From Gemmatimonadales bacterium (GTDB taxonomy: Bacteria; Gemmatimonadota; Gemmatimonadetes; Gemmatimonadales; GWC2-71-9): DNA of 64,000 nt. Location: the NCBI GenBank assembly GCA_965249575.1, contig OZ252244.1:1344001-1408000 (forward strand). Direction: 5' to 3'. Numbering within the stretch: the first letter of the stretch is position 1; each line of letters opens with the position of its first letter. The position numbers were made by a program, and so were the translations under genes. Of the stretch, positions 59,797 to 64,000 are shown one piece after another. The notes beneath the pieces are model-generated. The model was not told the origin of the DNA. It searched no databases and saw nothing but the letters and a program-made list of their open reading frames with translations.

Positions 59797-61653
59797 ATGT
59801 CTCGCTCTATGGGATGTTCATTTCCGTATCTGAGCTACGCTAACGAGCGTGCGTGCCTCCCACGACACTCGGCCGTGTCCTGTTTCCTTTTTTCTCTGCT
59901 CTCTCTCTCGTGCTCCGGGCCGCCGGATGAGGAGCTGCCGAGCCTCCAGTACGTAACCACCGCGCGTCAATTCGGGCCGGTTGGGTACCGGGACCCGGTA
60001 GGCGCCGTATCTCCAGACGGAACAAGGCTCGCCTATGCGGTTCAGCGTCATCTCTGGGTTACGCGCGTCGAGGGCGGGCCGCCGAACGAGCTTTCTTACG
60101 GCGACTATCGGATACGGTATCTCACGTGGCTGCCGGACAGTCGGCATGTGGCCGTCTACGAACAGGGAGGCAGGCGGTGGTGGCTGCACGACACTCGAGA
60201 CCACACTCGCAAACCGCTCTGGGCGGATGTCGACAGCCTCCGCGGGACGGACGGCTCCGGCAACGCGGTTGCCGGCCCGGTGAGCCGCGTCCTGCAGCTC
60301 GCCTGGTCGCCGAACGGTGAGTCCGTCGCGGGCGTTGTCCCTGAGAGAGATGGCGCGACGCTCTGGATCGTGAGCGATGATGGTCGAGAGGCGCAGGTCC
60401 ACCGCAGCGACGCGCGGCTCTCGTTCCCGACGTGGACCGGGGCGGGGGATGGCCTGGCCTGCGTAGTGGATACCGAAGACCATCCCCGCATGGCCTCACC
60501 GTGCACCGATGCATCCAACGCGGCGGACGGACCCGAAGCGTACGGCCGCATCGCCTTCGCGGCGGGCGGGCGGCTCTTGTACCACGCCGTGCCGAATGAG
60601 CGTGGAGTGCTCGATCTCTGGTCGCGCGATCTGGCGACCGGCACCAGACGGCGGCTCACCGGTTTCTCGCGCGATGCGTATGCCCCCACCGTTGCCACTG
60701 GTGATGTCGTGCTATTCAAAACACAGATCTATCGTACGCACGTGGCCGGCGTGCTGGCCGACGGTGGCACGACGACGGCCCTGGCGGGTTTTACCTCCGA
60801 GACGCCCTCGTGGGACCCCACCGGGCGGTATATCGGCCTGACGTACGGGAACTGGAGGCGGGTCGTGGACGACGTGGGCTACCCCGACATCGACCAGGAT
60901 GTGGGGATCATCGCGGTCGACTGGGAAACCACCGCGACCGAGCCGGCCCGGATCGTCGAGGCTTCGGAATCCGAAGACCAGTCGATGTTCTGGTCGCCCA
61001 ACGGCAAGTGGATCGCGTTCCACTCCCACCAGCAGCTGTCCGACGATCTGTGGATTCAGCCTGCCGACGGTTCCGCTCCCATTCGACGCATTACACACCT
61101 CGGTCGTGGAGCCGAGGCGGGATGGCCCCGCTGGTCACCCGACGGCCGATGGATCGTGTTTCCCGCTTTGAAGCTCGTTGACGGCGCCCGCCGGAAAGTG
61201 CTCTACCTTGCCGGCGTCGATCAGAACACCGGCCAGGTGACCCAGCCTGAAGAGGTCATTCCACTCCTGGATTTCGCAGGAGACGCGCGGGCCGCTGACT
61301 GGAGCCCCGATAGCGAGCGTCTTGTGGTCCAGGGGTTTGAAGAGCCAGACCAGCACACCCTTTACACCGTCAGACGGACGGGCGGGCGGCTGCAGCGCGT
61401 GCACGCATTCGTCAGCGAGCACCGGATCTCGGGCATCGGCGTATCTCCGGACTGGAGGTGGATCGCGTTCGTCCAGCCCGCCTCCGACGGCTACTTCCAG
61501 ATCTTTCGCGTGCCAATATCTGGGGGCACGCCGGAACAGCTGACGTTCGACCCGGTCAACAAGACCCAGCCGTCCTACTCGCCGGACGGAGGGCGACTCG
61601 CCTTCACCGCCTGGACGTACGAAGCCCAGTTTTGGTTATTGAAGCGGGAATGA
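59797..61653 (+). CDS. Double PD40/TolB-like propeller protein, probable lipoprotein
   Basis: LSC lipobox-like; many (W)SPDG repeats; no catalytic domain seen. Confidence 0.75.
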   Translation: MSRSMGCSFPYLSYANERACLPRHSAVSCFLFSLLSLSCSGPPDEELPSLQYVTTARQFGPVGYRDPVGAVSPDGTRLAYAVQRHLWVTRVEGGPPNELSYGDYRIRYLTWLPDSRHVAVYEQGGRRWWLHDTRDHTRKPLWADVDSLRGTDGSGNAVAGPVSRVLQLAWSPNGESVAGVVPERDGATLWIVSDDGREAQVHRSDARLSFPTWTGAGDGLACVVDTEDHPRMASPCTDASNAADGPEAYGRIAFAAGGRLLYHAVPNERGVLDLWSRDLATGTRRRLTGFSRDAYAPTVATGDVVLFKTQIYRTHVAGVLADGGTTTALAGFTSETPSWDPTGRYIGLTYGNWRRVVDDVGYPDIDQDVGIIAVDWETTATEPARIVEASESEDQSMFWSPNGKWIAFHSHQQLSDDLWIQPADGSAPIRRITHLGRGAEAGWPRWSPDGRWIVFPALKLVDGARRKVLYLAGVDQNTGQVTQPEEVIPLLDFAGDARAADWSPDSERLVVQGFEEPDQHTLYTVRRTGGRLQRVHAFVSEHRISGIGVSPDWRWIAFVQPASDGYFQIFRVPISGGTPEQLTFDPVNKTQPSYSPDGGRLAFTAWTYEAQFWLLKRE

Positions 61654-61665
61654 ACGTCAAAACGT

Positions 61666-61679
61666 CCACTCGCCACTCG
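61666..61679 (-). repeat. CGAGTGG x2 (same heptamer family)
   Basis: ccactcg ccactcg between convergent stop codons. Confidence 0.5.
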
Positions 61680-61686
61680 AAATTCT

Positions 61687-63069
61687 TCAGTCCCTAACCC
61701 TCGCCGCACCATCCGGGCCATTGTCCCAGTCCTGCTCGCTCGACGCGTTTGGCATCCCCCATTGGTGCCCGTTCCAGCCGTCGAAGCCGTCCATCTTGAA
61801 CGCCCAGAACCCCGTGGTGAGATCGGCCGCGACGATCAGGCCGTCGGCGTTCCGAATGTCGACCCCGAACACTCCCTCACATACTCCGGTCGGCGGGCAC
61901 AGTCCCGTCGCGTGCGGGCCGTCGAAGGTGTCGTAGAAGCCTACCGTGTAGGGATTGGTCGGATCCATCATGTTGAACACCTGTAACCCGTCCTCGTAGC
62001 CCGCCGAGAAAACGTAAGGCCAGCGGACCTCGTGGTTATGCGTGAGGTTCCGCCAGTTGGGGGACCACGCGCCGATGGGGCGTGAGATCGTCTGTACCTC
62101 GCCGTCCAGACCCGGCTTCAGGTCGAACAGCCGGAGCGGCGCATATTGGTACTCGGTCTCGGTCACCCCGTACCGGCCGTTCGGGTCCGGCGTGAGTGTG
62201 TGGCCCTGCGTCACGCCGGCAACGCCCGTGATCGAAGTGAGGAGCTTCGGGTCGGACAGCTCGGAGATATCGAACACGTAGTATCCGCCCGTCCCCGACG
62301 CGTAGAGACGATCCTGGCGGGACGCCGGGTGATAGGCCACGTAGAAATCGTGGTAGTTGATCCTCCGCCCAGTCGCGGTTTCCGGAACCCCGATCTTAGC
62401 GGCGGGCGTGCGGTCACCGCTCAGAAACCGCTCCATATCGTAGATCTTGGCGTACGGCGCGGACTGCGTAGTGAAGAGCAGTACCCGTCCGTCGGAGTGC
62501 TTATAGGCGAAGATGTTGTGGGAGCCGCCCGGGACCTCGGGAGACCGTATCCTCGCGACCTCGCGCACGGCCGACGTGTCGGGTAGCCCGGTCACATCGA
62601 AGACGACGGCGTCGAGGTCGTTGTCCGGGCCGCCGGCCTGAAACTGCAGCGACTGAACGAAATAGTACCGGCCGTTGAGCTTGAAGTACTTCCCGTCGCG
62701 GCCGCCCGAACCCCGATGCAGCTCGGGATTCTCGATCAACCAGCGATAGATGAGCTTCGCGTTCTTGGGATCTTTGACGCTGATGATGTCGACGCCGGTC
62801 CTCTCGTAACGCTTGGACACGTACACGAACGGCCGCGATAGCTCCGCCTCGATCTCGATGTCGGAAACCTTCACGTTCCCGCCGATGGGGATGTGCGACA
62901 TGAGCCGGATGTTCTGGCTGAAATGTTCACCGGGCGCGGGATGAACCGTCGGTGGCTTGCCGGTCGGGATCCGGTGGGGGCCCGGGAGCTGGGCCCGCGC
63001 CGTTGACAGCGGGAGAAACATGAAAACCGTTACGGCGAGCAGAAACGGCAAACGATAGGCTACGCGCAT
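61687..63069 (-). CDS. Secreted His-rich beta-propeller, paralog 3
   Basis: Signal peptide ARA-Q; GGSHN, YHD, GHT, ETEY, HNHE; MDGFDGWNGHQWGMPN tail. Confidence 0.8.
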   Translation of the reverse strand: MRVAYRLPFLLAVTVFMFLPLSTARAQLPGPHRIPTGKPPTVHPAPGEHFSQNIRLMSHIPIGGNVKVSDIEIEAELSRPFVYVSKRYERTGVDIISVKDPKNAKLIYRWLIENPELHRGSGGRDGKYFKLNGRYYFVQSLQFQAGGPDNDLDAVVFDVTGLPDTSAVREVARIRSPEVPGGSHNIFAYKHSDGRVLLFTTQSAPYAKIYDMERFLSGDRTPAAKIGVPETATGRRINYHDFYVAYHPASRQDRLYASGTGGYYVFDISELSDPKLLTSITGVAGVTQGHTLTPDPNGRYGVTETEYQYAPLRLFDLKPGLDGEVQTISRPIGAWSPNWRNLTHNHEVRWPYVFSAGYEDGLQVFNMMDPTNPYTVGFYDTFDGPHATGLCPPTGVCEGVFGVDIRNADGLIVAADLTTGFWAFKMDGFDGWNGHQWGMPNASSEQDWDNGPDGAARVRD

Positions 63070-63167
63070 GGTAATTGTCCTCAAACTGAAGTCGAAATCC
63101 CTAGGTGGGAGCGCACCAGGCAGCGCGAGAGCTTGTACAGTCACACTCCAAGGCGCCGTATCGATCC

Positions 63168-64000
63168 CTACTCTATGTCCATTGTCACGTCGGCCGCAAC
63201 CACGCTGTGCGTGAGGGATCCAACGGACACGAAGTCCGCCCCGGCCACGGCGTAGTCGCGGATCGTGGCGAGGGTGATGCCACCGGTCGCTTCGATCTCG
63301 ATATCCGGGACCAACTCACGCGCAATCCTAGCCCACCGCCGAAAGACCTCCACCGGCTGGTTGTCCAACAGGAGCCGCGTAGCGCCCGCGCCGCAGGCCG
63401 CCCGCAACTGAATTTCGCTTTCGACCTCCACGTAGATGTCCTGCACGCCGCGCCCCCGAGCCACCTCACACGCCCGGATGAGATCACCGTCCCCGGCGAG
63501 GGCACGCCAGTGGTTGTCTTTGACCAGCACCGTGTCGCCGAGGGTGGTCCGGTGCATACCACCCCCACCGGCCGCCACCGACCGCACGTCGAGCCCTCGC
63601 AGACCCGGCGCCGTTTTGCGGGTGTGCAATACGATACAACGCGTCGACTGCACGGCCCGCACGTACTCGCGAGTGGCCGTGGCAATTCCACAGGCGCGCT
63701 GGAGGACGTTGAGAAGCGGGCGCTCGGCTCGGAGCACTCGCGCGAGGTCGCCGTGTACGCGCCCGATCTCGTCTCCGGCTCTTGCGTCGGCTCCGTCAGG
63801 CAAAGCCCATTTCGCATGGCACCCACACAGACGCGCGATCTCACCAGCGTAGGCAGTTCCTGCTACCACAGCAGCCGACCGCAACCGGATCGAGCCGATC
63901 GCCGTGACGCCGTCTGCCAGGATGATTTCGCTGGTTACATCGATGCTGCCGTCTTCGGCAAGGGCGGCTTCCGCCACGCGCCGGGCGTCAGCAGAGAGGT
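63168..64000 (-). CDS. nadC: Nicotinate-nucleotide pyrophosphorylase (5' end beyond window)
   Basis: ALAED, ER..LN.LQR.CGIAT, TRKTAPGLR, HR, KDNH, EVE, LLDN, EATGGI, SVGSLTHS. Confidence 0.95.
   Translation of the reverse strand, partial: LSADARRVAEAALAEDGSIDVTSEIILADGVTAIGSIRLRSAAVVAGTAYAGEIARLCGCHAKWALPDGADARAGDEIGRVHGDLARVLRAERPLLNVLQRACGIATATREYVRAVQSTRCIVLHTRKTAPGLRGLDVRSVAAGGGGMHRTTLGDTVLVKDNHWRALAGDGDLIRACEVARGRGVQDIYVEVESEIQLRAACGAGATRLLLDNQPVEVFRRWARIARELVPDIEIEATGGITLATIRDYAVAGADFVSVGSLTHSVVAADVTMDIE

Noticed and set aside
2424..62586. Numerous long antisense or overlapping ORFs in the track
   Set aside because: Expected in high-GC DNA opposite real genes; no motifs or RBS support
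30275..63069. Diversity-generating retroelement acting on the propeller paralogs
   Set aside because: No reverse transcriptase, no near-identical TR/VR pair; loop differences are length changes, not adenine-specific substitutions

Overview
GC-rich (visibly G+C-dominated) bacterial window, probably Gemmatimonadota. That taxonomy is inferred from the LKAALADRYAIERELGxGGMATVYLA-type Ser/Thr kinase and the abundance of secreted beta-propellers. It carries a few housekeeping loci (iorAB-like, hflKC, nadC, tRNA-Leu(TAG)) in a mosaic of exported enzymes, many truncated gene remnants and several frameshifts; about half of those checked lie in homopolymer runs and are probably sequencing indels. No integrase, transposase, reverse transcriptase or CRISPR array was seen. 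Main observations: (1) a glutaredoxin missed by the ORF track, with an in-frame TGA in a U-P-Y-C motif followed by a SECIS-like hairpin, probably a selenoprotein; (2) two paralogous secreted S9-like proteins that keep the nucleophile Ser but lack the canonical Asp/His; (3) three paralogous secreted His-rich propellers with a near-invariant C-terminal tail and one hypervariable loop; (4) a tightly coupled six-gene exported redox operon (cyt c, PQQ dehydrogenase, FAH-family protein, NHL propeller, cyt c, Tat flavo-oxidase), plus other normally cytoplasmic enzyme families carrying signal peptides; (5) oriented TGAGTGG heptamer arrays at convergent gene ends; (6) a ~0.9 kb extremely G3-skewed segment fused into an outer-membrane protein gene. 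All family assignments come from motif recognition only; no database searches were run.
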